Positions 39,414-49,109 are shown, counted from the first letter of the stretch. The stretch is 64,000 nt of DNA from a bacterium (GCA_963674965.2 CAXXFL010000004.1:256001-320000); one strand, 5' to 3'. Numbers and translations: made by a program. Notes: generated by a model not told the origin, from the letters alone.

Positions 39414-40826
39414 ATGAAAACCCATAGCACAGGGGAACCGATCGAGTCGCAGGGCGGCGTCATCAGGGACACCATCCTGATTCTGGCCGGTGACCACGAT
39501 CTTCGCTCGAACATTCGCTCCTCCCTCGAGAGCGGCGTCAAGGACGTCGAGATAGCCGAGGCCCTCTCCGGCGACGATGGCTGGAACCGCGTCATCTCGG
39601 GGGGAGTGACGCTGGCCATTGTGGCCACCAGCGCGGGCGACACGCGGGCCATGGACTTCATGCACCGGGTCAAGCTCCACCGCCTGGGGGTGAAGACCAT
39701 CGTGATCTCGGGATCGGCCAGCGCCCAGGAGGTGGTCGAGCACATCAAGGCCGGGGCCCACGATTTCATCGAGCGTCCATTTTCCCCCGAGCACCTTGTC
39801 TCCAGCGCGAGCGAGATACTTGAGGTCCTTCGGCAGGAAAGGATCGAGATTCATAACGCCAGCCCGGCCTCGGACAAGGAACTTATCGGCAACGCCCCTC
39901 CCATCAGGACCATCCGGGACCTCATAGGCCAGGTCGCGCCGACCAACAGCACTATTCTCGTCACCGGCGAGTCGGGCACGGGCAAGGAGGTGGTGGCCCG
40001 GGCCATCCACCGGCGCAGCAAGCGCAACGGCCAGCCCTTCGTGGTGGTGGACTGTGGAGTGATCCCTGCCGGCCTGGTCGAGAGCGAGCTGTTCGGGTAC
40101 GTGTCGGGGGCCTTCACCGGGGCCTCGGGCGACAAGCGCGGCCTGCTCGAGCAGGCCCACAAGGGAACGGTTTTCCTGGACGAGGTGGGCGAGTTTCCCC
40201 TCGACCTCCAGGTCAAGCTGCTGCGGGTGCTCCAGGACGGGGAGATAAGGCGGGTGGGCTCGGACAAGGTTTCCAAGCTGGACCTTCGGGTGGTGGCGGC
40301 CACCAACAAGGAGCTCGAGCGGGAGGTGCGGCTCGGCCGCTTCCGCCAGGACCTTTATTACCGGCTGAACGTGGTCCACATCACCATGCCCCCCCTGCGG
40401 GACCGTTCCGAGGACATCGAGTCCTTCGTTCATTACTTCCTTCAGAAATACCAGGAAGAATACGGGCATAACATCCGGGGCATCACCCGCGGGTCCATGT
40501 CCATGTTCAGGAACTACGAGTGGCCCGGCAACATCCGGGAACTCGAGCATACCATGCTCCAGATCATGGCGCTGCACAACCGCAAGACCATCATCGAGGA
40601 GCGGGACCTTCCCATGTTCCTCGAGCGGCGCGGCCACGAGCGGCAGCGGCGCTTCCTCGAGGACGCCCTCGACCTCAAGCTTTCGCTCGACGACTACGCC
40701 CGCGAGTTCGTGCGCATGTTCGAGTCCGAGTACTCGGAAAAAGACCTGGCCGTGGCCCTGGGCATCACCACCAAGACCCTTTGGCAAAAGCGCAAGAAAT
40801 GGGGCATCCCGCGCAAGAAGGGCTAG
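39414..40826 (+). CDS. sigma54-dependent activator (NtrC/AtoC-like) with degenerate receiver
   Basis: GESGTGKE, ESELFG, GAFTGA, FLDEVGE, FRQDLYYRL, WPGNIREL, C-terminal HTH. Start uncertain (39366 or 39414). Confidence 0.93.
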   Translation: MKTHSTGEPIESQGGVIRDTILILAGDHDLRSNIRSSLESGVKDVEIAEALSGDDGWNRVISGGVTLAIVATSAGDTRAMDFMHRVKLHRLGVKTIVISGSASAQEVVEHIKAGAHDFIERPFSPEHLVSSASEILEVLRQERIEIHNASPASDKELIGNAPPIRTIRDLIGQVAPTNSTILVTGESGTGKEVVARAIHRRSKRNGQPFVVVDCGVIPAGLVESELFGYVSGAFTGASGDKRGLLEQAHKGTVFLDEVGEFPLDLQVKLLRVLQDGEIRRVGSDKVSKLDLRVVAATNKELEREVRLGRFRQDLYYRLNVVHITMPPLRDRSEDIESFVHYFLQKYQEEYGHNIRGITRGSMSMFRNYEWPGNIRELEHTMLQIMALHNRKTIIEERDLPMFLERRGHERQRRFLEDALDLKLSLDDYAREFVRMFESEYSEKDLAVALGITTKTLWQKRKKWGIPRKKG

Positions 40827-40945
40827 TCCGAAATCGACTTCCTCCCCGGCGGTCTTTTCCCATCGGCCTTTGGCTTGTTCCGGCGCCGGCTATCCTTGTC
40901 CGCGAGCCGGGCCGATGCTATATTCTTTTCGTCAGGAGGTCATAA

Positions 40946-41161
40946 ATGGAAATCATCTGCGAAAACTGCGGCTTCGTCCACAAGGAGGACCCCGGCAAAT
41001 TTTGCGAGCGTTGCGGCCGGGTGCTCGAGCGCTTCCACATGGCGGAGGAGGGTGACGACTCGAACGACCATATCCGTTGCGGCAAGTGCGGCATGAGAAA
41101 CACGGCCGACGTAAACGTCTGCCAGAACTGCGGGGAGTTACTGCATAAGCCGAATTTTTGA
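40946..41161 (+). CDS. Small double zinc-ribbon protein
   Basis: Four CxxC motifs (CENC, CERC, CGKC, CQNC) in 71 aa; AGGAGG RBS. Confidence 0.8.
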   Translation: MEIICENCGFVHKEDPGKFCERCGRVLERFHMAEEGDDSNDHIRCGKCGMRNTADVNVCQNCGELLHKPNF

Positions 41162-41300
41162 ATACGCGGGAACGCGGAAACGGTCCTCTTTCCGGGCGCG
41201 AGGGATCGGGGCCGGACGGGCGCTCGAGTTCTCGCTTCTGCTGACGGCGGCCTCGGGGCATTCGGCCCTGGCCCTGACGGGCGAGATCAATCCCTTCCAC

Positions 41301-43352
41301 GTGGCGGTCATGGCCTTATCCCTGGCGGCCGCTTTCCTTTTTCGCCGGCCGGCCGAGAGGGTCCCCCCCCTGGCCTGGAACGCCGCGCTCATAATCCTTT
41401 TGCTGGTCACGCTGGCCATGGCCCTGGCCCCGCCGAGGGACTTCGCCTCCGTGTTCCACGCCATCGCCTATTTCCTCGTTTACGTCACCATCATAAGGCT
41501 CTTTACCAGGCGGACCGGCCGCGACGACCTCGTGCTTTTACTCCTGGCTTTCCTCGAGGTATCCGCCGCCGGCGTGATGACCATTTCGCCCGCCTTCCTT
41601 TTCTCCGTTTTCGCGTTCATGGTCTCGGCCCTTTCCAGCCTGACCCTTTTCAGCCTGCGAGGGGAGAGCGAGAAGCTGGAGGAGAACCGTGAAGATTTCG
41701 AGCTCAGGCTCGGCCGCCGTCCTCCATCCGACACCGGGTCCAAAGCCTCGGCCCTGGAGCGGGAAAGACTCCCTTCCCTTTTCCCCGTCTTTCCCCTTGC
41801 CTCTTCCCTGGCCATTCTTCTGGCGGGGGCCTTGTTTTTCTTCGTCATTCCCCGGGTGGGCCGGAGTTTCTTCTCCTGGCGGACGGGCATACACTCGCGG
41901 GTGGCGGGCTTTTCCGACGTCGTGCAGCTCGGCTCGGTGGGGGCGATCAAGCGGGGCAACGCCATGATCATGCGGGTGAAAATCGAGGGCGGGGCCCCCA
42001 GTCCCCTTTACCTTCGAGGCATCGCGCACGACCATTACGAGGGGGGAAGATGGAGCGACAAGCTCGGTTATAAGCGCATCCACTACTACGGATACGGGGA
42101 GGCCGTAAGCGTCAGGGACATAAACGTCGATCGCGGCGTGATCAAGCAGGAGATTACCCTCGAGCCCATCGACCACGACTTCCTCTTCGCCGCGCCCATG
42201 GTCGAGTCGGTCTCGGCTCCTTTCCAATTCCGCGGAATAGTGGAGTACTGGAACGGTTATATCGGGTTTCCGCTGGCCACTCCCATTTACGACCGGATCG
42301 TCTACACGGCATGGTCCAGCCCTCCCCCCCAATCTATCGAGGCGTGCAGGGAGGCATGGGCGAGCGCGGACGACCTCGGGTGGCTGGAGAGCCACTATCT
42401 CCAGGTTCCCTCCGGCGCGGACGACATACGCGAGTTGGCCGAGGACGTGGTGAGCGGAGAGTCGGACCCCTGCCAAAAAGCCTGGAAGATAAGGTCCTTC
42501 TTGTCGAGCGAATACTATTACGATCTCGATACGCCCTCCGACCGCGCCCCGGACCCGGTAAAGGATTTTCTCTTCGAGTCCAAAAGAGGATACTGCGAGC
42601 ACTTCGCCACCTCCATGGCCCTCATGCTCAGGTCGGTGGGAGTTCCCTGCCGCCTCGCCGCGGGTTTCCTGGCCGGCGACGACTACAACACCATAGACAA
42701 GTACTATACGGTCCGGGAAAAGGACGCCCATACCTGGGTGGAAATGTACGCCCCCGGTGGAGACTGGTTCATCATGGACCCTACCCCCGCCGGACCTCCC
42801 GCCAAAAGCCTGCACCCCGCTCTCCGCCGGCTCCAGGAAACCCTCGAGGCCTTTAAATACAGGTGGGACAGGTGGGTGGTCGATCTGAGCCTGCGAGACC
42901 AGTACCAACTGGCCCTGGCCGTCAGGCAAAGAGGCAACATGGCGGGAAGAAGGGCGCTCCAGGCCCCCTCCGAGATAGCGTCACTCGTTAAATCGGCCCT
43001 GTCCAGTCCCGCGGCGTGGGCCGCCGTTTTTCTGGCTCTGGGCGCCTACCTGGTCTGGGTCAAAAGACTGGGACCCGCGCTGGGCAAGGGAAAACTCGAA
43101 GTAGGCTCGAATGGGAGGCTGGCGGGCGAATACGCCAAGCTCGCGCGCCGGGCCGAAAAAGAAGCGGGCCCGCGCAAGTCGAGCGAGACGGCCCTCGAGT
43201 TATCGAGGAATCTTTCGCGCCGTTCCTTTTCCTTCGCCGACTCTTTCCACCGGGCCACGGTCCTTTACCTTAAGGCAAGGTACGGTGGCCAACCGAACGA
43301 GGATGAGGCCCTGGAGTCGATAAAGGAAGCCTCGCGCCGGATGGGCGGGTAG
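41301..43352 (+). CDS. Membrane transglutaminase-like protein (TgpA/DUF3488 type)
   Basis: N-terminal TMs, FFVIPR, GFSDVVQLG, catalytic GYCEHFA, DAHTWVE, DPTP. The true start probably lies upstream (see findings). Confidence 0.9.
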   Translation: MAVMALSLAAAFLFRRPAERVPPLAWNAALIILLLVTLAMALAPPRDFASVFHAIAYFLVYVTIIRLFTRRTGRDDLVLLLLAFLEVSAAGVMTISPAFLFSVFAFMVSALSSLTLFSLRGESEKLEENREDFELRLGRRPPSDTGSKASALERERLPSLFPVFPLASSLAILLAGALFFFVIPRVGRSFFSWRTGIHSRVAGFSDVVQLGSVGAIKRGNAMIMRVKIEGGAPSPLYLRGIAHDHYEGGRWSDKLGYKRIHYYGYGEAVSVRDINVDRGVIKQEITLEPIDHDFLFAAPMVESVSAPFQFRGIVEYWNGYIGFPLATPIYDRIVYTAWSSPPPQSIEACREAWASADDLGWLESHYLQVPSGADDIRELAEDVVSGESDPCQKAWKIRSFLSSEYYYDLDTPSDRAPDPVKDFLFESKRGYCEHFATSMALMLRSVGVPCRLAAGFLAGDDYNTIDKYYTVREKDAHTWVEMYAPGGDWFIMDPTPAGPPAKSLHPALRRLQETLEAFKYRWDRWVVDLSLRDQYQLALAVRQRGNMAGRRALQAPSEIASLVKSALSSPAAWAAVFLALGAYLVWVKRLGPALGKGKLEVGSNGRLAGEYAKLARRAEKEAGPRKSSETALELSRNLSRRSFSFADSFHRATVLYLKARYGGQPNEDEALESIKEASRRMGG

Positions 43353-43401
43353 CATATCGCCAATTTTGGCTCTCTTTGGTTGACTTCGCTTTTCGCTTCA
43401 A

Positions 43402-43431
43402 TTGACAGTCCGGCTTTTTGATTGATAAACT
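43402..43431 (+). promoter_or_regulatory. sigma70-type promoter for receiver-lptE-holA
   Basis: TTGACA (43402-43407), 18-nt spacer, TAAACT preceded by TGn (extended -10). Confidence 0.55.
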
Positions 43432-43442
43432 AATGAGATAGC

Positions 43443-43805
43443 ATGGCGACGATACTGATAGTTGACGATAACCGGATGATACTTCAGGCCCTTTCCGACC
43501 AGTTGGAAAAGGAGGGCTTTGACACGGAGGTGGCTATTAACGGGGAGGAGGCCCTCGAGTTCCTCCAGTACGAGCGCCCCGACCTTATCATCATGGACAT
43601 CGTGATGCCGGGCATGACCGGAGTCGAGGCCACCGAGAAGATTCGGGCCAACCCGGAATTGAACGCCATCCCCGTCGTCGCCTTCACCTCGCAGTCGAAC
43701 CGGGGACAATGGGGCGAGTTGTTCGACGATTACCTCATCAAGCCCTTCGGGTTCGACGAGCTGATGAGCATCATCAGAAGGTTCGTTGGCGACGACTCGA
43801 GATGA
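43443..43805 (+). CDS. Single-domain response regulator (CheY-like)
   Basis: ILIVDD, PDLIIMDIVMPGMTG, FT, YLIKPF; all phosphorylation residues present. Confidence 0.93.
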   Translation: MATILIVDDNRMILQALSDQLEKEGFDTEVAINGEEALEFLQYERPDLIIMDIVMPGMTGVEATEKIRANPELNAIPVVAFTSQSNRGQWGELFDDYLIKPFGFDELMSIIRRFVGDDSR

Positions 43806-43839
43806 GTCCCGTCTCCTCGATCGGCGGGGAAGGTCCCAC

Positions 43840-44358
43840 ATGAAGAAACTTGTCTTGTCATTGGCCGCCTTGGCGCTTGTCTTTTCCTCCGGATGCGGCT
43901 ACAAGCTGGTGAGGGAAAGCGACGCCGCCCTGCCCTCGGGCGTTAAGAGCGTGAGCGTGAAGCTCGTAAAAAACCAGACCATCGAGGCGGGGCTGGAGGA
44001 CGTCTTTACCCAAGAGTTGATCCGCAGGCTCGAGAGCGACGGCAGGATCGACGTCCGCCGTGACGGCTCGGCCGAGGCCGGTCTCGAGTGCGTGATCACC
44101 GATCTTAACGTCCGTCCCAAGACCTACTCGGCCCAGGGCCGTATCTCGGTGGAGGAGGCGGAGATGAAGACCAGGTGCAAGCTGGTCATCCCCGACTCCG
44201 AGAGCGTGATCTGGAAGACGGGTACCATCGTTTCCCGCGAGGAATACCCGGTGGGTAACGACTACATCCTCAATGAGGAGGCCAAGGAGAGGGCCATCCT
44301 GGAGGCCTGCGTCGATACCTCGGAATCGATCAGGAGCCGGCTCCTGGACTCCTTTTAA
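43840..44358 (+). CDS. lptE: LPS-assembly lipoprotein LptE
   Basis: Lipobox SG-CGY, LPSGVKSV, NQTIEAGLE; directly upstream of holA. Confidence 0.82.
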   Translation: MKKLVLSLAALALVFSSGCGYKLVRESDAALPSGVKSVSVKLVKNQTIEAGLEDVFTQELIRRLESDGRIDVRRDGSAEAGLECVITDLNVRPKTYSAQGRISVEEAEMKTRCKLVIPDSESVIWKTGTIVSREEYPVGNDYILNEEAKERAILEACVDTSESIRSRLLDSF

Positions 44359-44391
44359 TCCGGCGATCGTCCGCGCCAAAATTGAATCAAG

Positions 44392-45426
44392 ATGAAGTCA
44401 AACGACGCGTCCGATTTTTTTTCTTCTCTCAAGAAGTCCGATCCTCTTCCGGTCTACCTGTTCCACGGGGAGGACTCCCGCCTTATCGGCAAGGCCCTCG
44501 AGGCGGTCGTCAAGAAGGTGGACCTGGGCGACTTGTCGGATTTCAACTCGGACTTTTTCCACGGTAAGGAAAGCGACCCTGGCTCGGTCATCGCCGCGGC
44601 CCGCACTCTTCCCATGATGGCCGACAGGCGCCTGGTGGTGGTCAAGCGGGTGGACGAGTGGAAGGGCAAGGCCCGCGAGGCGCTTCTCGATTACTTGCTC
44701 GACCCCTCCCCCACCACGGTCCTGGCCATGAGCGCCGAGGGGCTATCCCTGCGGGGGGCCTCAGCCAAAAAGGAGGACAAGGACCTCGAGAAGGCCGTGA
44801 ACAAAACGGGCCAGGCCGTCAGGTTCGCCCGACCCAGCAGGGCCCGGCTTCCCGCGGTAATCCGGGAGATGTTCGCCGAGAGGGGCAAGAGGATCGGGGG
44901 TGAGGCGGTGGACCTGCTGATCGACCTGGCCGGCGACGAGACCCGGGGCCTCGAGCACCAGGTGGACAAGGTCGCTATTTTCGTGGGCGAGAAAGACGCG
45001 GTCAGCCGCCAAGACGTGCTCGAGGCCGTGGCCGACGTCAAGGAGGCGAACGTCTTCGAGTTCACCGACGCCATTGGGGCCCACGACCTGGAGGGGGCCC
45101 TCCGGTCCTACCGCCGGATGCGGGACCAGGGACAGGAGCCGCTCATGATCCTGGCCATGCTCGCCCGGCACTTCAGAAACCTCTGGCGCATAGGCGAGTT
45201 GGCCGAGGAGGGGGAATCCCCCGTGGCCATCGCCAAGAGGCTGAAGATGAACGAGTGGGTGGTGAAGAAGTCCTATATGCCCCAGCTTCCCAATTTTCCT
45301 CTAACCGGGACGGGCGGCGTCATGAAGGCGCTGGCCGACCTCGATATTCAGCTTAAAAGCACGAGGACCGACAGGGAAGTGGTATTTGAAAGGACCGTTA
45401 TCCGACTTTGCTCGGGTAAGCTATGA
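44392..45426 (+). CDS. holA: DNA polymerase III delta subunit
   Basis: PVYLFHGED, TLPMMADRRLVVVK, NVFEFTDAI, DIQLKS; convergent with rpsT. Confidence 0.95.
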   Translation: MKSNDASDFFSSLKKSDPLPVYLFHGEDSRLIGKALEAVVKKVDLGDLSDFNSDFFHGKESDPGSVIAAARTLPMMADRRLVVVKRVDEWKGKAREALLDYLLDPSPTTVLAMSAEGLSLRGASAKKEDKDLEKAVNKTGQAVRFARPSRARLPAVIREMFAERGKRIGGEAVDLLIDLAGDETRGLEHQVDKVAIFVGEKDAVSRQDVLEAVADVKEANVFEFTDAIGAHDLEGALRSYRRMRDQGQEPLMILAMLARHFRNLWRIGELAEEGESPVAIAKRLKMNEWVVKKSYMPQLPNFPLTGTGGVMKALADLDIQLKSTRTDREVVFERTVIRLCSGKL

Positions 45427-45690
45427 GGCCTTTACCGCCGCGACCGCCCTCGAGAGCCTGGATTTATAGCGCGCCGCCGTGTTGCGGTGAAGCACGTTCT
45501 TGCTCACGGCGTTGTCGATCGAGCGGATGGCCTTGTCCAGGGCCGCTCCGGCCGCCTCGGCGTCGCCTTTCCCGACGGCTTCCCGCACTTCCCGCACGCG
45601 GTTCCTGTAGTGGGTCCGAACGCTTTTATTCCTGAGGCTTCGCTTTTCGTTCTGCCTGATTCTCTTTAACGCGTCTTTATGATGAGCCAA
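45421..45690 (-). CDS. rpsT: 30S ribosomal protein S20
   Basis: MAHHKDALKRIRQ..RNKS..LHRNTAARYKSRL; TTG start with GGAGG RBS. Confidence 0.97.
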   Translation of the reverse strand: MAHHKDALKRIRQNEKRSLRNKSVRTHYRNRVREVREAVGKGDAEAAGAALDKAIRSIDNAVSKNVLHRNTAARYKSRLSRAVAAVKAS

Positions 45691-45729
45691 TTTATATCCT
45701 CCAAAAAGTTCATGAACACGGAAATAATT

Positions 45730-45757
45730 ATTTTATAGCTTATTCCGGACAAGTCAA
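45730..45757 (-). promoter_or_regulatory. Possible rpsT promoter
   Basis: TTGACT, 16-nt spacer, TAAAAT on the minus strand. Confidence 0.45.
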
Positions 45758-45804
45758 GCCCAAAGGGCGCTCGATAGCCTGGGAAAACTTTTTCGGCCCG
45801 GCCT

Positions 45805-46575
45805 TTATTTAAACTGCCCTATAAGCGACTCGACGATGGGCTCGAGGAAGTCGATCTCCTTTTGGGGTATCTCCAGGAGGGACTGCCCCGTCATGTCGGC
45901 CTGCCTGATGGACTCGGAAAAGGGGATGTGGCCGAGGAACTGGTAATCCTTCAGGTTTTCCTTCAAAAATTTCAACTCGTCCTCGCTCTGGACCTTCGAG
46001 GCCACCACCCCCAGCTTCTTGATCCCAAGGTCTGCCGCCAGCCTCTTTATCGAGGCGGCCGTGTCAAGGGAGCGGCGGCCCGGCTCGACGACCACGATCA
46101 TCATGTCCGTGCCCATGGCCGTGCCCCGGCCCAAGTGCTCGAGGCCCGCCTCCATGTCCAGGATCACGGCGTCCTTATTATTTAGAAACAAATGACTTAA
46201 CAGCGCCTTAAGCATGCTGGACTCGGGGCAGATACAACCGTGGCCGCCGCCCTTTACCGTGCCCAGCACCATGAGCTTTATCTTCTCGTGCTCCTTGGCC
46301 AGCTTGTCGGGAAGGTCATTGACCGCGGGGTTCATGTTAAAGAACCCGCCGATGGTACCGGGCTTGGCCCCGGTCCGCTCGAAAATAAGGTCCTTCATGT
46401 TGGCGATGGGCACGATGGACTCGGGCTCGGGCATGCCCAAGGCCCCGGCCAGGTTGGCGTCGGGGTCGGCGTCGACCATGAGCACCGAATAGCCTTTATC
46501 CCTCAGCCTTCTGGCCAAAAGCGTGGATAATGTGGTTTTTCCGACTCCGCCTTTTCCGGTCACGGCTAACTTCAT
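45805..46575 (-). CDS. cooC: CO dehydrogenase nickel-insertion ATPase (CooC/AcsF)
   Basis: Deviant Walker A GKGGVGKTT, DADPDANL, Ni-binding GCICP, DMEAGLEHLGRG. Confidence 0.9.
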   Translation of the reverse strand: MKLAVTGKGGVGKTTLSTLLARRLRDKGYSVLMVDADPDANLAGALGMPEPESIVPIANMKDLIFERTGAKPGTIGGFFNMNPAVNDLPDKLAKEHEKIKLMVLGTVKGGGHGCICPESSMLKALLSHLFLNNKDAVILDMEAGLEHLGRGTAMGTDMMIVVVEPGRRSLDTAASIKRLAADLGIKKLGVVASKVQSEDELKFLKENLKDYQFLGHIPFSESIRQADMTGQSLLEIPQKEIDFLEPIVESLIGQFK

Positions 46576-46669
46576 TTTACGAACCTCCCCTCTTTAAAAC
46601 CGCCATACGGGTAACTTACGACTCTTATATTAATGTAATCACTATTGGAGAAATGAAAAGGGCCGAGAA

Positions 46670-48424
46670 TCATCCGCCCAGGCACAGCTTGTCCCAGTTC
46701 TTTACGTCCTTGGCGATCATCACGTCGAACCAGGTCTCGAGGCAAATCTGCATGTACTCGCGGCGGTCGAACTCGCCCCTGTCCCCCGCGGCCTCCCAGG
46801 CGGCGTTTAAAAAATTGGTCTCGTACCTTTCCTTGAAGCGGTTGATACGGACCTCGGACCACCTTTTCAGGCCCTTCTTGATCCAATGGCCCAGGGGCAC
46901 GACCAGCCCCATCTTGTCCGCCCTTTGCAGGACCGCCTCCGGGACTATGCCCTTCATGGCCCTTCTCAGGATGACCTTGCTGGTCAGGCCGTCCACCTTG
47001 AGGGCCGGCGGCAGCTTGAAGGCGAACTCCACCACCCGGTAATCAAGGAAGGGGTTCCGGTTCTCGATGCCAAAGGCGGCGGTGGCCCGGTCGTCCATGG
47101 CCAGCACCGAAGGCAGGGCCAGGTGGAGGTCCGCGTAACCCATCTTGTCGATAAGGTGCTCGTGACGCGAGAAAAGCTCCCACACCTTTGCCCTCACTTT
47201 GGGATCGACCCCGGGCCCCCTGCTCATGAGCGAGTAATAACGGTCCGGCGGGTCGCAGAACATCTGGGGGTTCCAGAAATGGCGCGCCAGGGGAAGGTAG
47301 AGGTTGAAAACCTCCTCCCTGCCCAGCCGGTCCTCGGCCAGCATCATCAAATACCGGACGTGACCCCCGAAAAGCTCGTCGGCCCCCTGCCCGATAAGCA
47401 CGGCCTTGGCCCGCTTCGAGGCCTTGCGCGCCGCCATGAAGGCCGCCAGGCTCGAGGCGCTGGCCACGGGCTGGTCCAGGTGATAGATGATCCCGGGCAG
47501 AAGGCCCTTAAGGTCCGCCGGCTTGGGCCGGATGACGTGAAGCCTCGAGCCCGCCTTCTCCGCCACCATGCGGGCCAGCACAAGCTCGTCGTAGGCCTCG
47601 CCCGCGTCGCTGAAGCTGACCGCGTAGGCGTCCTCCGTCTTCGCCAGGCAGGCCAGGCAACTCGAGTCCAGGCCGCCCGAGAGCATGACCGCCACCGGCA
47701 CGTCGCCCTTCATGCGCAGCTTGACCGAGTCCTCCAGGAGCCAGCGCAGCTCGTCCACGTATTCCCGGTTCTTCTTGTAAGGGCCCGTATGGGTCGGGAC
47801 CTCCCACCACTTCACCAGCTCGAGATCCTTGCCGTCGAAGCTGAGACGGTGGCCGGGCTGAAGCTCCCTCACGTTCGCGAAAAGGGTGTCCCCGAAGAGG
47901 GGAGCCTCGAAGTCCCGGAACTCGTCCGTGAAACGAGGCGTGGCAGTGATTTCGGTCAGGATGCTCTTGATCTCGGAGGCGAAAAGCAGCCGGCCGCCCC
48001 GCTGGTAATAGTACAGCGGCTTTTCGCCCATGCGGTCGCGGGCCAGGTGTATCTTTTCGCCGTCCCATATGGCCAGGGCGAACTGGCCGTTGAAGCGGTC
48101 CAGGCAGGCGGGGCCCCACTGCTCCCAGGCGTGGACCACCACCTCGGTGTCGGTCCTGGTCTTGAACTCGTGGCCCAGGTACTTGAGTTCCAGCTTCAGC
48201 TCGGAGTAGTTGAATATGTCGCCGTCAAGGGCCACCCACGTCTTCTGGGTTTCCTCGCTAAGGGGCTGGTACCCGCCCTTCACGTCGATGATGGCCAGCC
48301 TCTTCACGCCCAGGCTGAAGGGGCCCTCCATGTAATAACCGGTGTCGTCCGGCCCCCGGTGCCTGAGCACCCGCGCCATCTCCTCGACGTCGCCCTTGCC
48401 GTATATGCCGCAAATTCCACTCAT
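46670..48424 (-). CDS. asnB: Asparagine synthetase B family protein with degenerate glutaminase site
   Basis: HRGPD, RLAIID, LARDRMGEKPLYY, LSGGLDSS, GQGADELFGG, RNPFLD. Starts MSGICG at ATG 48424. Confidence 0.85.
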   Translation of the reverse strand: MSGICGIYGKGDVEEMARVLRHRGPDDTGYYMEGPFSLGVKRLAIIDVKGGYQPLSEETQKTWVALDGDIFNYSELKLELKYLGHEFKTRTDTEVVVHAWEQWGPACLDRFNGQFALAIWDGEKIHLARDRMGEKPLYYYQRGGRLLFASEIKSILTEITATPRFTDEFRDFEAPLFGDTLFANVRELQPGHRLSFDGKDLELVKWWEVPTHTGPYKKNREYVDELRWLLEDSVKLRMKGDVPVAVMLSGGLDSSCLACLAKTEDAYAVSFSDAGEAYDELVLARMVAEKAGSRLHVIRPKPADLKGLLPGIIYHLDQPVASASSLAAFMAARKASKRAKAVLIGQGADELFGGHVRYLMMLAEDRLGREEVFNLYLPLARHFWNPQMFCDPPDRYYSLMSRGPGVDPKVRAKVWELFSRHEHLIDKMGYADLHLALPSVLAMDDRATAAFGIENRNPFLDYRVVEFAFKLPPALKVDGLTSKVILRRAMKGIVPEAVLQRADKMGLVVPLGHWIKKGLKRWSEVRINRFKERYETNFLNAAWEAAGDRGEFDRREYMQICLETWFDVMIAKDVKNWDKLCLGG

Positions 48425-48725
48425 GACCGCAAGTTGAAAGTAACACAATTATCGGAACATTTCACAATGGAGCGGCACGGGGAAAGAGGAGGACAGGGAT
48501 TGGGGCTGATTGATCAGGTTTGTAACGGGTTGGCCATGACCCCTACCAGGGTTTGATTTTATCAGGCATGGAAAGGCAGCGCATAATACGGCTTAGCCAC
48601 GGGCTGAGTACTGCTATTTCATGAATTATGCGCGGATTGTTCGTAAGCGTCCGGCCAACCACATCTTGTAAATTTCCCTGGGCAATCCATAATGATGCTC
48701 ATCGAATCGATAGGGAGGGGTGAGT

Positions 48726-49109
48726 ATGCCGAGGGGCGTTGGAGTTGGCGGTGAACGGGCCAGGTTTTGGCGGGGGAAGTTGCGGGAGCATAGTTGGAGC
48801 GGTTTTTCGGTGCGCTCGTTTTGCAGGCGGGAGGGATTTTCGCCCGGCAGTTTTTATCGGTGGCGGCGGATTCTTGCGGAGCGAGACGGCGCTGTCGAAT
48901 CTCGGAGTGGTTTGCCCGCGCCCGACCCGTCGGAGGTTTTCGTTCCGGTTTCCGTTGCCGATGCTCGTGACAAGCCCGCCGGCTCTTCCCTGTTTGCGTG
49001 TAACGCGCAGGCGGGCATCGAGTTGGTCTTTCGTTCCGGGCTTTTGCTTCGGGTCGGTCCCGGTTTCGATTCGGAAACCCTGGTCCGGCTGGTCGATCTT
49101 CTCGATTAA
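48726..49109 (+). CDS. IS66 accessory protein TnpA
   Basis: SGFSVRSFCRREG..FYRWRRIL, FVPVSV, IEL..LRV. Confidence 0.85.
   Translation: MPRGVGVGGERARFWRGKLREHSWSGFSVRSFCRREGFSPGSFYRWRRILAERDGAVESRSGLPAPDPSEVFVPVSVADARDKPAGSSLFACNAQAGIELVFRSGLLLRVGPGFDSETLVRLVDLLD

Noticed and set aside
46670-48424. Lasso peptide cluster
   Set aside because: No precursor, RRE or B-type peptidase gene is adjacent; the TgpA-like gene is a different family several genes away.
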